DNA of 64,000 nucleotides from Eubacteriales bacterium (GCA_045655865.1 JAZOQB010000011.1:12127-76126); one strand, 5' to 3'; counted from the stretch's first letter, positions 9,946 to 18,887 are shown. Numbers and translations: made by a program. The notes: generated by a model from the letters alone, not told the origin.

Positions 9946-10632
9946 TTACAGCAATTCGAACTTATACCCTACTCCCCACACGGTCTTCAAATTCCACTTA
10001 TCGCTGACGCCTTCCAGCTTTTCTCTCAGGCGCTTCACGTGCACGTCTACGGTACGGCTATCCCCCAGATAATCAAAGCCCCACACCTTATCCAAAAGCT
10101 GATCTCTGGTAAACACCCGGTTGTAATTGGAAGCCAGAAAATACAAAAGCTCCAGCTCCTTGGGGGGAACGTCCACCACTTTTCCGGCAAGCTTCAATTC
10201 GTATTCCTGCTTGGAGATCTCCAGGTTGTCAAATTTTACGACCTCGTCACTCCGGAAGTGATCCCGGCTCCGGTATCTTCTCAGAACCGCCTTGATCCGG
10301 GCGCTGACCTCTTTCATATCAAAGGGCTTGACAATAAAATCGTCTGCTCCCAATTCCAGCCCCAGAACCTTGTCAAACACCTCGCCCTTGGCGGAGAGCA
10401 TAATGATGGGTTTGGCGCTCTGCTCCCGGATCTCCCGGCATACCTGCCAGCCGTCTTTTTTGGGCATCATAATGTCCAAAAGCACCAGATCCGGCTCAAA
10501 AATTTTAAACATTTTCACCGCATCCACTCCATCGTTGGCGCACTTGACCTCGTACCCATCGTTTTCCAGGTACAGCTTTAAAATTTCGCAGATATTCAGA
10601 TCGTCATCGACCGCAAGGATCTTATTTGCCAT
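9946..10632 (-). CDS. OmpR/PhoB-family response regulator
   Basis: Receiver domain (ILAVDDD, LLDIMMPKKDG) plus a winged-helix C-terminus (TRDQLL, VDVHVKRLREKL). Start re-set to ATG 10632 with a GGAAAGGA SD. The track ORF extends to 10707. Confidence 0.92.
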   Translation of the reverse strand: MANKILAVDDDLNICEILKLYLENDGYEVKCANDGVDAVKMFKIFEPDLVLLDIMMPKKDGWQVCREIREQSAKPIIMLSAKGEVFDKVLGLELGADDFIVKPFDMKEVSARIKAVLRRYRSRDHFRSDEVVKFDNLEISKQEYELKLAGKVVDVPPKELELLYFLASNYNRVFTRDQLLDKVWGFDYLGDSRTVDVHVKRLREKLEGVSDKWNLKTVWGVGYKFELL

Positions 10633-10782
10633 GTCACTTATCCTTTCCTTTTTTTCCATGTGGGATTCCGCGGGCAAAAGGCCGGGAATCTTTTGATTCA
10701 AAGTCATTTTATCACAGTTCTGTCAAAATTGCAAGTCCGCGACTCATTTCGCACACACCTCTCCTTTTCCGTCTTTCCGCTC

Positions 10783-10811
10783 TTGTCAATCCCATCGCTT
10801 TGTGGTACAAT
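10783..10811 (+). promoter_or_regulatory. Sigma-A-type promoter for the preQ1 riboswitch-queT unit
   Basis: TTGTCA (10783-10788), 17-nt spacer, TGgTACAAT extended -10 (10806-10811). Confidence 0.6.
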
Positions 10812-10832
10812 GTTTTTTGCCCTCAAAAGGGC

Positions 10833-10876
10833 GGTGAGTTCGAGACCTTCCTCACCAAAAACAAAACTAAAGGAAC
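10833..10876 (+). promoter_or_regulatory. preQ1-I riboswitch
   Basis: P1 hairpin GGUGAG/CUCACC whose loop begins UUC. The A-rich tail AAAAACAAAACUAAAGGA resembles the B. subtilis and T. tengcongensis preQ1-I tails. Loop CCUU can pair with the tail AAGG (SD) as a pseudoknot. It sits directly upstream of queT. Confidence 0.8.
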
Positions 10877-10884
10877 GGTATCTT

Positions 10885-11370
10885 ATGAAAAAAACCTCTG
10901 TTCGCACCCTTGCCCTGGCGGCTCTGATCGCCGCCCTGTACGTTGCCCTGACCCTGGTGTCCAACGCCACAGGTCTTGCCCTGGGCCCGATTCAATTCCG
11001 TTTTTCCGAAGCCCTGTGCATTCTGCCGGTATTTACCCCGGCGGCGATCCCCGGTCTTTTTTGCGGATGCTTTGTGGCAAATCTTCTTTGCGGCGCTCAT
11101 ATTCTGGATCTTGTTTTCGGCTCTGTTGCCACCCTCTTTGGCGCTCTGGGAAGTTATTGGCTGAGAAAACGGCCCCTTCTCCCCTATTTGCCGCCGATTC
11201 TCTTTAATTCTTTGATCATCCCCCCCGTTTTGTACTTTGCCTACGGCTTTCAAAGTCAAGGCTTTCTTTTGCTTTTCCTATCCTTTGTCTTGGGGGAGAC
11301 GGTGAACGCCGGTTTTCTCGGCGCGCTTCTGCGCCGGGCGCTGATCCCCTTTCAGCGCAAACTAAAGTGA
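10885..11370 (+). CDS. queT: QueT queuosine-precursor transporter
   Basis: MKKTSVRTLALAALIAALYVALT..., a multi-TM protein matching the QueT family by eye. It is preceded by a preQ1 riboswitch. Start re-set from the track's 10660. Confidence 0.85.
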   Translation: MKKTSVRTLALAALIAALYVALTLVSNATGLALGPIQFRFSEALCILPVFTPAAIPGLFCGCFVANLLCGAHILDLVFGSVATLFGALGSYWLRKRPLLPYLPPILFNSLIIPPVLYFAYGFQSQGFLLLFLSFVLGETVNAGFLGALLRRALIPFQRKLK

Positions 11371-11407
11371 CGGCTTGGATTTCAAAATACAAAAAAGGAG
11401 TGGTCTT

Positions 11408-12022
11408 ATGCCTTCCACGATGATGCACCTGGCGGCGGGATGGATCCTTTGGCCCGAGGGGAGCGACGCCTTTTTTCTGGGCTGTATTCTCCCGGACTGT
11501 GTCGATGCGGACCGGGCGCGAAAAGATCACCTGCACTTTCGGGATATTCCCTCAAAAGAGCGCCTTCCCCGGATCGTGGCCTTTGCAAAAACGCTGGATC
11601 TTTCCCGGGATTTTGATCTGGGCGTGCTCTTTCATTTTTATTTGGATACCCTCTGGGACAACGGACCCCAAGCGCAGCACCGGGAAAGCTACACCGGCAC
11701 TTCCTGGTTTTCGGATTACCGCAAGGAACTGTCCCGGGCAGGGAGCCGGGTCGCCCAAAGATGCCCTTTTACCCGGGAACTGTGGACTCGTCTGCGCGAT
11801 CCGGAAGAGGGCCTGTACCAAAACTCTTTGGACCTTCCAAAGCAGGAGATCCTGTCTTTTTTGGAAAACAATTACCTCTGGCACACCCAGGTGTGTCTGC
11901 CGCCATCGGATATTTTCACCGATACGCTGGTGGAAGGGTTTCTTAAGGCGGCATCGGAAAAATTTACCGCCTTTTGCCGACAGGAATTTTCCCGGGAGAC
12001 GAAAGACCGTCCCTTTGCATAG
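11408..12022 (+). CDS. Hypothetical protein (possible metal-dependent hydrolase / zinc phospholipase C-like fold)
   Basis: ORF with AAAGGAG 7 nt upstream of ATG 11408. It is His/Asp-rich (MMHLAAGW, LPDCVDAD, HFYLD). Function is not established. Confidence 0.55.
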   Translation: MPSTMMHLAAGWILWPEGSDAFFLGCILPDCVDADRARKDHLHFRDIPSKERLPRIVAFAKTLDLSRDFDLGVLFHFYLDTLWDNGPQAQHRESYTGTSWFSDYRKELSRAGSRVAQRCPFTRELWTRLRDPEEGLYQNSLDLPKQEILSFLENNYLWHTQVCLPPSDIFTDTLVEGFLKAASEKFTAFCRQEFSRETKDRPFA

Positions 12023-12052
12023 AATGAGAAAAACGAAAACGAGGAGATAACC

Positions 12053-12991
12053 ATGAGAACGGAAAGAATTTTGGTCCTGATGGGGGGAAAAAGCTCCGAG
12101 CGAGAGATCTCCCTGCGCAGTGGCCGGGCGGTAACGGATGCCCTGAGAGAGGCCGGCTTTGATGCACAAGCTCTGGATCTGAATCGGGAGAGCATAGAAA
12201 AGATCTGCCAGATCCGACCGGACGTTGCCTTTATCGCCCTCCACGGAAAAGGGGGAGAGGATGGCGCCGTTCAGGGTCTTTTGGAATGGCTTGAGATCCC
12301 CTACACCGGTCCCGACATCCGGGCCAGCGCCATTTGCATGGATAAGATCACCACCAAAAAGCTCCTTGCGGCAAACGGCCTGGCAACCCCCAAGTTTCTG
12401 ATTCTGGAAAAAGAAGCCATGGCCACAAAGGTCGCGGCGGCAAAGCTTGTCTGTGATACCTTAGGTCTTCCCGTGGTGTTAAAATCCCCTTCCCAGGGAA
12501 GCAGCATCGGCGTGGTGATCGCCCGGGAAGAGGGTGAGCTGGCCCCTGCCATCGAGGAACTCTTTTCTTTGGGAGACCAGGTTCTGGCCGAAGCATATCT
12601 CCGGGGAACGGAGCTGACCGTTCCGGTCTTGGGAAACCGGGACCCTTCTGTTTTACCCATCATTGAGATCACCTCCGAAGGTCAGTTTTACGATTACAGA
12701 TCAAAATATACCCCCGGCAAAAGTCAGCACATCATCCCGGCCCGGATCGATGACAAGACCCGGGAAAAAGTAAAAGACCTGGCCCGTCGCGCCTATCTTG
12801 CCACCGGATGCCGGGGCTATGCCCGGGTGGATCTGATGCTGGACGAAAACGGGGATCCCCAGATCCTGGAGATCAATACCGCCCCCGGCATGACCGCCAC
12901 CTCCCTGTTTCCCGACGCCGCCCGCGCCGCCGGCCTCTCCTTTCCAAAGCTGGTAGAAAAGATGGTGGATCTGGCATTGGAGAATCGCTAA
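12053..12991 (+). CDS. ddl: D-alanine--D-alanine ligase
   Basis: 312 aa with HGKGGEDGAVQGLLE and an ATP-grasp region ending LEINTAPGMT. GAGGAG SD. Confidence 0.96.
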   Translation: MRTERILVLMGGKSSEREISLRSGRAVTDALREAGFDAQALDLNRESIEKICQIRPDVAFIALHGKGGEDGAVQGLLEWLEIPYTGPDIRASAICMDKITTKKLLAANGLATPKFLILEKEAMATKVAAAKLVCDTLGLPVVLKSPSQGSSIGVVIAREEGELAPAIEELFSLGDQVLAEAYLRGTELTVPVLGNRDPSVLPIIEITSEGQFYDYRSKYTPGKSQHIIPARIDDKTREKVKDLARRAYLATGCRGYARVDLMLDENGDPQILEINTAPGMTATSLFPDAARAAGLSFPKLVEKMVDLALENR

Positions 12992-13037
12992 GACCCCTTT
13001 ACAAAACATTCTTCTAAAAACTGAAAACGGTAGGACC

Positions 13038-13072
13038 AAAAGATCGAGGCAACGATGCCTCGATCTTTTTTT
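13038..13072 (+). terminator. Rho-independent terminator of ddl
   Basis: 11-bp stem AGATCGAGGCA/TGCCTCGATCT, ACGA loop, T7 run. Confidence 0.85.
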
Positions 13073-13546
13073 GCGCTTTTTCTCTCCTCCGCCATGCCCG
13101 GAAGAAAAAAGAGAGGGCAATACGAAAAAATTTTTAAAAAAATTCCGACAAGATCTCCCTTTTCTCTCCAAAAGACAGCACCTGTTTTGGAAATTTTCCG
13201 AAATTTCGACTGTCTTTTTTCTTTTTCCCCAGCCGCCTTCGACACATCTTGCAAAAAGATACGAATAAAATGGAGAAAAGAACGAATTCGTGAAAAACCT
13301 CCAGCCTTCCCCTCGGGCAGAACATTTTCGGGTCTGAAATTTTGACACCCACACCCATCTCCCCCTCCCCTCAGACCCGTTCTGCCCTCTTTTCCTCCCG
13401 GATGCGGTAAAAAAAGAAAACCGTGTCGTCTCCGGCCGTTTGACAAAAAAAGAGATCTCTGTCTCCTTCCCCCGCTCATCTACTGTGTTTGGGTTCCCTC
13501 TGTTCAAAAAAATTGGTAATAATTGGTAAAAATTTAGCAAAATCTA

Positions 13547-13575
13547 TTGAAATTTGTTTCTCTTTTTAGTAAAAT
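13547..13575 (+). promoter_or_regulatory. Sigma-A-type promoter upstream of spo0A
   Basis: TTGAAA (13547-13552), 17-nt spacer, TAAAAT (13570-13575), about 75 nt upstream of the spo0A ATG. Confidence 0.55.
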
Positions 13576-13648
13576 AAAAATGCTCGATTTCCAAAAATTG
13601 AAGCGGACGAAAAAAAAAGAGGAACCAGAAAAAACAAGGAGAAAAATC

Positions 13649-14410
13649 ATGAAAGAAACCAAAGAAAAAGTCTACATTATCGATTCGGGAAACGATTTCC
13701 GTTTCGTTTGTAAGGAGAATCTGACAAACCTGGGATTCCAAGTGGTGGGCGACAGCGGTGACGGGGGCGAGGCGATCCTGGCGATCAAAACCCTCAAGCC
13801 GGACGTTGTGCTTCTGGATCTGTGGTTCCCCGGATACGATCTGGCCAGCCTGATTTGTGAAGTCAAGAGATGCCTTAAAGCCCGTGCCCCCAAGTTCATT
13901 TTGGTCACCGGGATCAGCCACCGAAAGGTTTTGGAGGATGCTTTTGTCAGCGGCGTTTCCAGTTGCGTGTTAAAGCCCTTTGATTATGAAGTTCTGGCCG
14001 AGAAGATCCGCCAGGTGTGCCAGGAGAGAAACTTCCGTATGGAAGATGATTTTGATCTGGAAGCCCACGTGACCCGGATCATTCATCAAGTGGGCATCCC
14101 TGCCCACATCAAGGGATATCAGTATCTTCGATGCGCCATTATGATGGTGGTGCGGGACAATCGCATCATCGGCGAGGTGACCAAGACCCTGTATCCCAGC
14201 GTAGCTCAGGAATTCAACACCACCTCCTCCCGGGTAGAGCGGGCCATTCGCCACGCCATTGAAGTGGCCTGGGATCGGGGGGATGTGGACATGCTCAATT
14301 CCTTTTTCGGATACACCGTCCAAAACTCCAAGGGAAAACCTACCAATTCCGAGTTTATTGCCATGATCGCCGATAATCTGCGCCTGAAGATGCGCGGTCT
14401 TGCCGGCTGA
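13649..14410 (+). CDS. spo0A: Sporulation master regulator Spo0A
   Basis: The C-terminal Spo0A-specific DNA-binding domain is near-identical in signature to B. subtilis ([41 protein letters not shown]). It has an N-terminal receiver. Start at ATG 13649 with a GGAG SD. Confidence 0.96.
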   Translation: MKETKEKVYIIDSGNDFRFVCKENLTNLGFQVVGDSGDGGEAILAIKTLKPDVVLLDLWFPGYDLASLICEVKRCLKARAPKFILVTGISHRKVLEDAFVSGVSSCVLKPFDYEVLAEKIRQVCQERNFRMEDDFDLEAHVTRIIHQVGIPAHIKGYQYLRCAIMMVVRDNRIIGEVTKTLYPSVAQEFNTTSSRVERAIRHAIEVAWDRGDVDMLNSFFGYTVQNSKGKPTNSEFIAMIADNLRLKMRGLAG

Positions 14411-14464
14411 TACCCTTTTCTTTCGCAAGACCCGGAGCGGCTCTCCCCTCGCCGGCTCCGAAGT

Positions 14465-14506
14465 CAAAAAAACAGCACCCGAAACGGGTGCTGTTTTCTT
14501 TTTTGT
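14465..14506. terminator. Bidirectional terminator between spo0A and the zinc-ribbon gene
   Basis: 11-bp stem AACAGCACCCG/CGGGTGCTGTT with an AAA loop. A7 upstream and a T-rich run downstream. Confidence 0.85.
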
Positions 14507-14565
14507 TTGATCTTTTCCTTCCAAATTCGGCCCTTTCCTTTTTTCAAAAAGAGGGTCAAATCCGC

Positions 14566-15156
14566 TTATTTTAATTTGGTTCCGCATTCTGCGCAAAAAG
14601 CCATCTCAGGCTCGGTCTCTGCGCCGCAATTGCCGCAAAAACGAGGTACAGCCTCGCTCTGGGGCTCCTCTTCGCTTTTGGGATTGTCGGGCTGGGGCAG
14701 TTCGGTTACGGGAAGACCGCAACCGCCGCAAAAACGAGTCCCGGGAGCCAGGGGCTTTCCGCAACCTTTACAAATGATCCGGTCGGCCTCCTCTTGGCCC
14801 ATTGGGGCTATGCGCGTGCCACAGTTGTTACAAAACAATGCCTGATCGGAAAGCTGGGCGCCGCATTTTTCGCAGACCACAATGCTGCGGATGGTCTGGA
14901 TCTGCTTGCGGTATTCCGCAATCTTTCCGGCTGACTCCAGAACGGCCTCCACCGCGGCGACCATCTCCGGCTCGGGATCCTTAGCGTGCAGAACGGCGTA
15001 AAGCTTACCGATCTGATAATAACGCGCTTCGATCTTTTTTTCTTCCTCGTTGATGGCGGCGTGGATCCTGGCAATGTCGGTCATGTCCTTGGTTTTCTGA
15101 ACCGCAGACTGCCCTGCCTGAGAGATCTTTTTCCCCAAATCATCAAAAAAAGCCAC
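14566..15156 (-). CDS. Triple zinc-ribbon domain protein
   Basis: Three CxxCG...FCxxCG zinc-ribbon units follow a coiled-coil N-terminus. Start re-set to GTG 15156 (AAGAGAGG 7 nt upstream), giving the N-terminus (M)AFFDDLGKK common in this protein type. Confidence 0.7.
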   Translation of the reverse strand: MAFFDDLGKKISQAGQSAVQKTKDMTDIARIHAAINEEEKKIEARYYQIGKLYAVLHAKDPEPEMVAAVEAVLESAGKIAEYRKQIQTIRSIVVCEKCGAQLSDQALFCNNCGTRIAPMGQEEADRIICKGCGKPLAPGTRFCGGCGLPVTELPQPDNPKSEEEPQSEAVPRFCGNCGAETEPEMAFCAECGTKLK

Positions 15157-15297
15157 AGAAGAACCTCTCTTTCCGGTAATCCTTTTAAAAAAGGCAACCA
15201 AATCTTAATTTATTGTACTCATTTTTTATTTTTTTGTCAATCATGCAAAATAGGCACCCGTCCGGCGCAAAAAGGGCCCTTGTTCCGAAAATCGCCC

Positions 15298-15326
15298 TTG
15301 ACGCGAAAAACAGATTTTGGTACAAT
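15298..15326 (+). promoter_or_regulatory. Sigma-A-type promoter for the DUF218 gene
   Basis: TTGACG, 17-nt spacer, TGgTACAAT. The track's ATG at 15317 lies inside this promoter, so the real start is downstream. Confidence 0.6.
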
Positions 15327-15358
15327 CAAGGGGAAGAAAACACGAAAGGGGGAGAGTC

Positions 15359-16096
15359 TTGCAGATCGCATTGTCCGGATCAATGGCCATCCTCGCCTTT
15401 CTTTATTACGCTCTTTTGGCCGTCCTGTATTCCCCCCGGTCCTCTCTTTTGATCTTCTGGCCCCTTTTGGGGGTTTTTCTCTTTTTTCTGGCTTTCGCCC
15501 ACGGTTTTCTGTTCTGGCTTCTTTTTCTGCCCGCTCTCCTGTTCTGCCTTCTTTTCTTCTCGTTTTGCCTTTGTGCCGCAAGAGGAGTCAAAACTCCCCA
15601 AACACCGCCTCAGGCTCTGATCCTTTTGGGCCTTCGCGGGGACGGGACCTTGCCGGAGAGCATGGAAGAGGGGCGAATTGCCCTGGCGCTTTCTCTGTTA
15701 AAACGATACCCTGACATCCCTTGTATTCTCACGGGAGGAAGGGTCTTTCGGGAAAAAGATGCGGAGAGCCGGGTTTTGTACCGAAAGCTTTGCCGCTGTG
15801 GCGTTGACCCCGACCGGCTGATCCTGGAAGGGGAGAGCCGCACCACCAAGGAAAATTTTCTCTTTTCCTTTCCCCTTTTGCCGCAAGGGATCCGCTCTTG
15901 CGCCGTGGTCACCAGCCGCTATCACCTGTTTCGAGCATCTCTTACCGCCCTCTCCTCCGATCCCCCATGTCCCCTCTCCTTCCACGGAGCCGCATCGCCG
16001 CTCTTTTTTCTTCCCCACCTATTCGTTCGGGAATTTTTCACCTTCTCGGTGGATGTTCTAAAAGGAAATATCCGTTTCCCCCATTTTAAATCTTAG
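15359..16096 (+). CDS. YdcF/ElyC-family (DUF218) membrane protein
   Basis: N-terminal TM helices followed by a DUF218 core (ILTGGRVF, ESRTTKEN, VVTSRYHLFRA). The start is TTG 15359 (GGGGGAG SD) or ATG 15383. Confidence 0.75.
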   Translation: MQIALSGSMAILAFLYYALLAVLYSPRSSLLIFWPLLGVFLFFLAFAHGFLFWLLFLPALLFCLLFFSFCLCAARGVKTPQTPPQALILLGLRGDGTLPESMEEGRIALALSLLKRYPDIPCILTGGRVFREKDAESRVLYRKLCRCGVDPDRLILEGESRTTKENFLFSFPLLPQGIRSCAVVTSRYHLFRASLTALSSDPPCPLSFHGAASPLFFLPHLFVREFFTFSVDVLKGNIRFPHFKS

Positions 16097-16106
16097 GAGA
16101 AAAGCT

Positions 16107-16832
16107 ATGGACAACCAATCCTTCGTTCGCGGCGTCGCCAAAGCCGGAAGCATCATTCTTGGCATCTTCAAGGTTTTTTCCGTTATCGGTGCGGTGTGCG
16201 TTCTCATCGCCATTCTGACCCTGTCCCTTCTGCCTAAAAACTTTGTCACCGTGGACCTGGTCACCCAAACCCAGATCAAGGTGGATCTGCGCTCCGTTCT
16301 GGGAGATGGTTGGCAGGAGCTTGACTGGGAAAAAATCGTTTCCCCCGCAGAACAGGCCGGAGGCAAGTTTGTTGAAACAAAAGACGGACTGCAAAGCACA
16401 AACACCATTCCCTCCACCACCGTAGAAAACAAAACCCTTGCCCTTTCTCTGATCCCCGATTTTGTGGAATGTATCATTCTTTTCGCATTTTTCCGTTTTT
16501 TGGGAAAGGTGTGTTTCCAGGTGCAAAACAGCCCCACCCCCTTTACCCTGCCTGCCGCACAGAATTTAAAATACACCGCATTTTCCCTTCTGGCACTGGC
16601 TCTTCTCCCCGGGCTCTGCTCGGGAATCGTGGCCTTGCTTACCGGAACCGATGAGATGTCTTCGACCGGCTTTGAATTGGGCACCGTTCTCTGGGGCTTT
16701 TTCCTGTGGGCACTCTCTCAGATCTTTGAATATGCTCTGTCCATTCTGCCGCCCTCCGCCCAAACCTTTGACCCCGCCGGGGGCCAAAACACGACCCGGC
16801 AAAACGGAGAAGATCAAAACAACGCGTTTTAA
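16107..16832 (+). CDS. Hypothetical multi-pass membrane protein
   Basis: 241-aa ORF with an AGGAG SD and several hydrophobic segments. No family recognised. Confidence 0.6.
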   Translation: MDNQSFVRGVAKAGSIILGIFKVFSVIGAVCVLIAILTLSLLPKNFVTVDLVTQTQIKVDLRSVLGDGWQELDWEKIVSPAEQAGGKFVETKDGLQSTNTIPSTTVENKTLALSLIPDFVECIILFAFFRFLGKVCFQVQNSPTPFTLPAAQNLKYTAFSLLALALLPGLCSGIVALLTGTDEMSSTGFELGTVLWGFFLWALSQIFEYALSILPPSAQTFDPAGGQNTTRQNGEDQNNAF

Positions 16833-16878
16833 CAAAGAGCAACGCTTCACAAACCGAAGCGTCTCCGGTAGATGGATC

Positions 16879-16920
16879 AAAAAAGTGCCTTGGGGAAAAG
16901 CCCCAAGGCACTTTTGCTTT
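16879..16920. terminator. Bidirectional terminator
   Basis: 12-bp stem AGTGCCTTGGGG/CCCCAAGGCACT. A-run upstream and T-rich run downstream, between convergent genes. Confidence 0.85.
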
Positions 16921-16926
16921 CTTTTA

Positions 16927-17961
16927 TTAAGATTGGGTGTATTTTTTTAAATTCAAGGTACCCAGAACCTGATCTTTCCCCATGCCCACGGCAAAAAAGA
17001 GAGTTTCTCCCGTCTCGTCCAGAGCAAATCCGGGGCAAGGGATGCCATACGCGCTCTCGTAAACGCCCTTTTTCTCTCCCCTTGAAAGATCGTAGATCTC
17101 GATCTGTCCGCCATCTCCCATGGCACGGCTTCCGCAGAGAACGGTGCCGCCGGCGTTGCAGGAGACCCCTTCAAAAGCCTGAGGAACGGTGATGGATGCC
17201 ACGTGTCCGCTGGCAAAATCCCGATAGGTATAGCTCACTCCTTGAGACGTCTTTGTGGTAAACAGCACCGCCGTGGGGGACACCGGAACAAAGGACTGAA
17301 AGGCAAACGCTTCTCTGCCCAAGGGAAGTCCTTTTCCATATTCAAAAAAGGCAAGACCCGTATAGGCCCCGGGCTCGCCCGTAGCGTACCAGATCCGTCC
17401 GGAGGCAGAATGGGCGGTGATCAGCCCTGCAAAATCCGGCAGCAGATCTTTTTTGGCAAGCACAAACTTTTGGGAAAAATCCAGCGGCAAAAGCAAGATC
17501 CAGTCCGGCGTTTCCGCCATCAGGGAAAGGTCATCGTAAAACCGGGCGTCCAGAACGGTCAAGTCCTCCGGCAAAGCGAACCGCTGACTTCCTCCGGCGG
17601 AAAGATGCGAGGCAAAGATCCCATCCCCGGTCCAGATCAGCGCGCGATCTTCGGTGGTCTCCAGAACGCGGATCCCATCGATCTTACCCGAGCCTTCCAG
17701 GATCTTTTCGCTGGAAAGACTGCGGGAGGGGGAGACGAACCCTCCCGTAAAGCCGCCCTGAGCTCCCGCGTGCAGGTAGAAAAAGCCCTGAGACCGGGGC
17801 AAAGCAAACATTTGTGTCTGATTCTGCGTTTCCTCGGGGACCTGAAAGCGGAAAAGGGGAGAAAAGCCCGTCTGCTCCCGGGTGGCGGGGGGATTGGGCG
17901 CGGCGCAGGCAGACAGCACCAGACAAAGAAGGGCGAACAAGGCCAAAAAAACTTTTTTCAT
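16927..17961 (-). CDS. Hypothetical lipoprotein
   Basis: Signal peptide with lipobox (LVLSAC). The 344-aa mature part appears beta-rich. No family recognised. Confidence 0.7.
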   Translation of the reverse strand: MKKVFLALFALLCLVLSACAAPNPPATREQTGFSPLFRFQVPEETQNQTQMFALPRSQGFFYLHAGAQGGFTGGFVSPSRSLSSEKILEGSGKIDGIRVLETTEDRALIWTGDGIFASHLSAGGSQRFALPEDLTVLDARFYDDLSLMAETPDWILLLPLDFSQKFVLAKKDLLPDFAGLITAHSASGRIWYATGEPGAYTGLAFFEYGKGLPLGREAFAFQSFVPVSPTAVLFTTKTSQGVSYTYRDFASGHVASITVPQAFEGVSCNAGGTVLCGSRAMGDGGQIEIYDLSRGEKKGVYESAYGIPCPGFALDETGETLFFAVGMGKDQVLGTLNLKKYTQS

Positions 17962-18048
17962 GGCAAAACCTCATCGTTTGATGTATCAAGCATACCATAT
18001 CTGCGGAAAATATGGTTAAGAATTTATGAACGAAAAAAAGGAGATGCC

Positions 18049-18738
18049 ATGACAGAACTGGATCAGGAAATGCAAAACACCGAAGAGGCCGCCCAAAATC
18101 GGGATATTTTGGAATTCGGAAAGATCGTGACCCGAAGCGAGGTCAACATTCAAACCCTGGTTTTCGCCGGACAGATCGAGGGTCACAGCATCCTTCCGCC
18201 CCCGGCCAAGGCCACCCGATACGAACACATTCTGCCTCAATTGGTTCTGGCCGAGGAGAGCCCGGAGATCGACGGGGTCCTCTTTCTCATCAACACCGTA
18301 GGGGGCGATGTGGAAGCAGGTCTTGCCATGGCGGAGATGATCGCCGGGATGACAAAACCCACCGTCTCTCTGGTTTTGGGAGGAGGCCACTCCATCGGCA
18401 TTCCTCTGGCGGTAGCGGCGGACCGATCTTTTATTGCAAAAACTGCCACCATGACGGTTCACCCCGTCCGGATCAACGGCCTGGTCCTCTCCTCCCCCCA
18501 GAGCTTTGAGTATCTGCATCGGATGCAGGAGCGGATCTGTGATTTTATCGTGGAACACTCTCACATCACCCCGGAGCATCTTTCCGCCTTCATGGCAGGA
18601 AGATGTGATATGGCCACCGACATCGGCACCATCCTGGACGGTCGGGAAGCGGTCTCGTCGGGACTGATCGATTCTCTGGGGAGCTTTTCCCTTGCGCTGG
18701 CAGAATTGAAAAAGATGGCAAAAGAGAAAAAAGCTTGA
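18049..18738 (+). CDS. tepA: ClpP-fold protein TepA (translocation-enhancing protein / SDH-family Clp-fold protease)
   Basis: Strong by-eye match to B. subtilis TepA (IEGH, KYEH-like YEHILPQ, NTVGGDVEAGLAMAEM, GGGHSIGIP, TMTVHPVR). AAAGGAG SD. The first 282 codons of the track ORF are antisense to the lipoprotein gene and are discarded. Confidence 0.88.
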   Translation: MTELDQEMQNTEEAAQNRDILEFGKIVTRSEVNIQTLVFAGQIEGHSILPPPAKATRYEHILPQLVLAEESPEIDGVLFLINTVGGDVEAGLAMAEMIAGMTKPTVSLVLGGGHSIGIPLAVAADRSFIAKTATMTVHPVRINGLVLSSPQSFEYLHRMQERICDFIVEHSHITPEHLSAFMAGRCDMATDIGTILDGREAVSSGLIDSLGSFSLALAELKKMAKEKKA

Positions 18739-18766
18739 GTTTCTCCTACTTTTCCCCCGGGGTCTC

Positions 18767-18796
18767 TTGACAAGAAAGGGGTTTTTGGAGTAGAAT
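18767..18796 (+). promoter_or_regulatory. Candidate promoter of rny
   Basis: TTGACA, 18-nt spacer, TAGAAT. Confidence 0.5.
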
Positions 18797-18887
18797 AATA
18801 GGGCGTATTACAATGCGCCGTTATGAAAATCTTGTTCCGATGAAAAACATCGTAATGAAAAAACAAAGGAGGTGTACAAGTTACATA

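Noticed and set aside
10833-10860. GAGTTCGAGACC resembles a tRNA T-loop (GGTTCGAATCC).
   Set aside because: There is no acceptor, D or anticodon arm around it. The 6-bp stem with a 12-nt loop and an A-rich tail fits a preQ1-I riboswitch instead.
17203-18048. 5' extension (282 codons) of the 511-aa ORF that contains tepA.
   Set aside because: The extension is antisense to the lipoprotein gene and is Arg/Gly-rich low-complexity sequence. The TepA homology begins at ATG 18049, which has an AAAGGAG SD.
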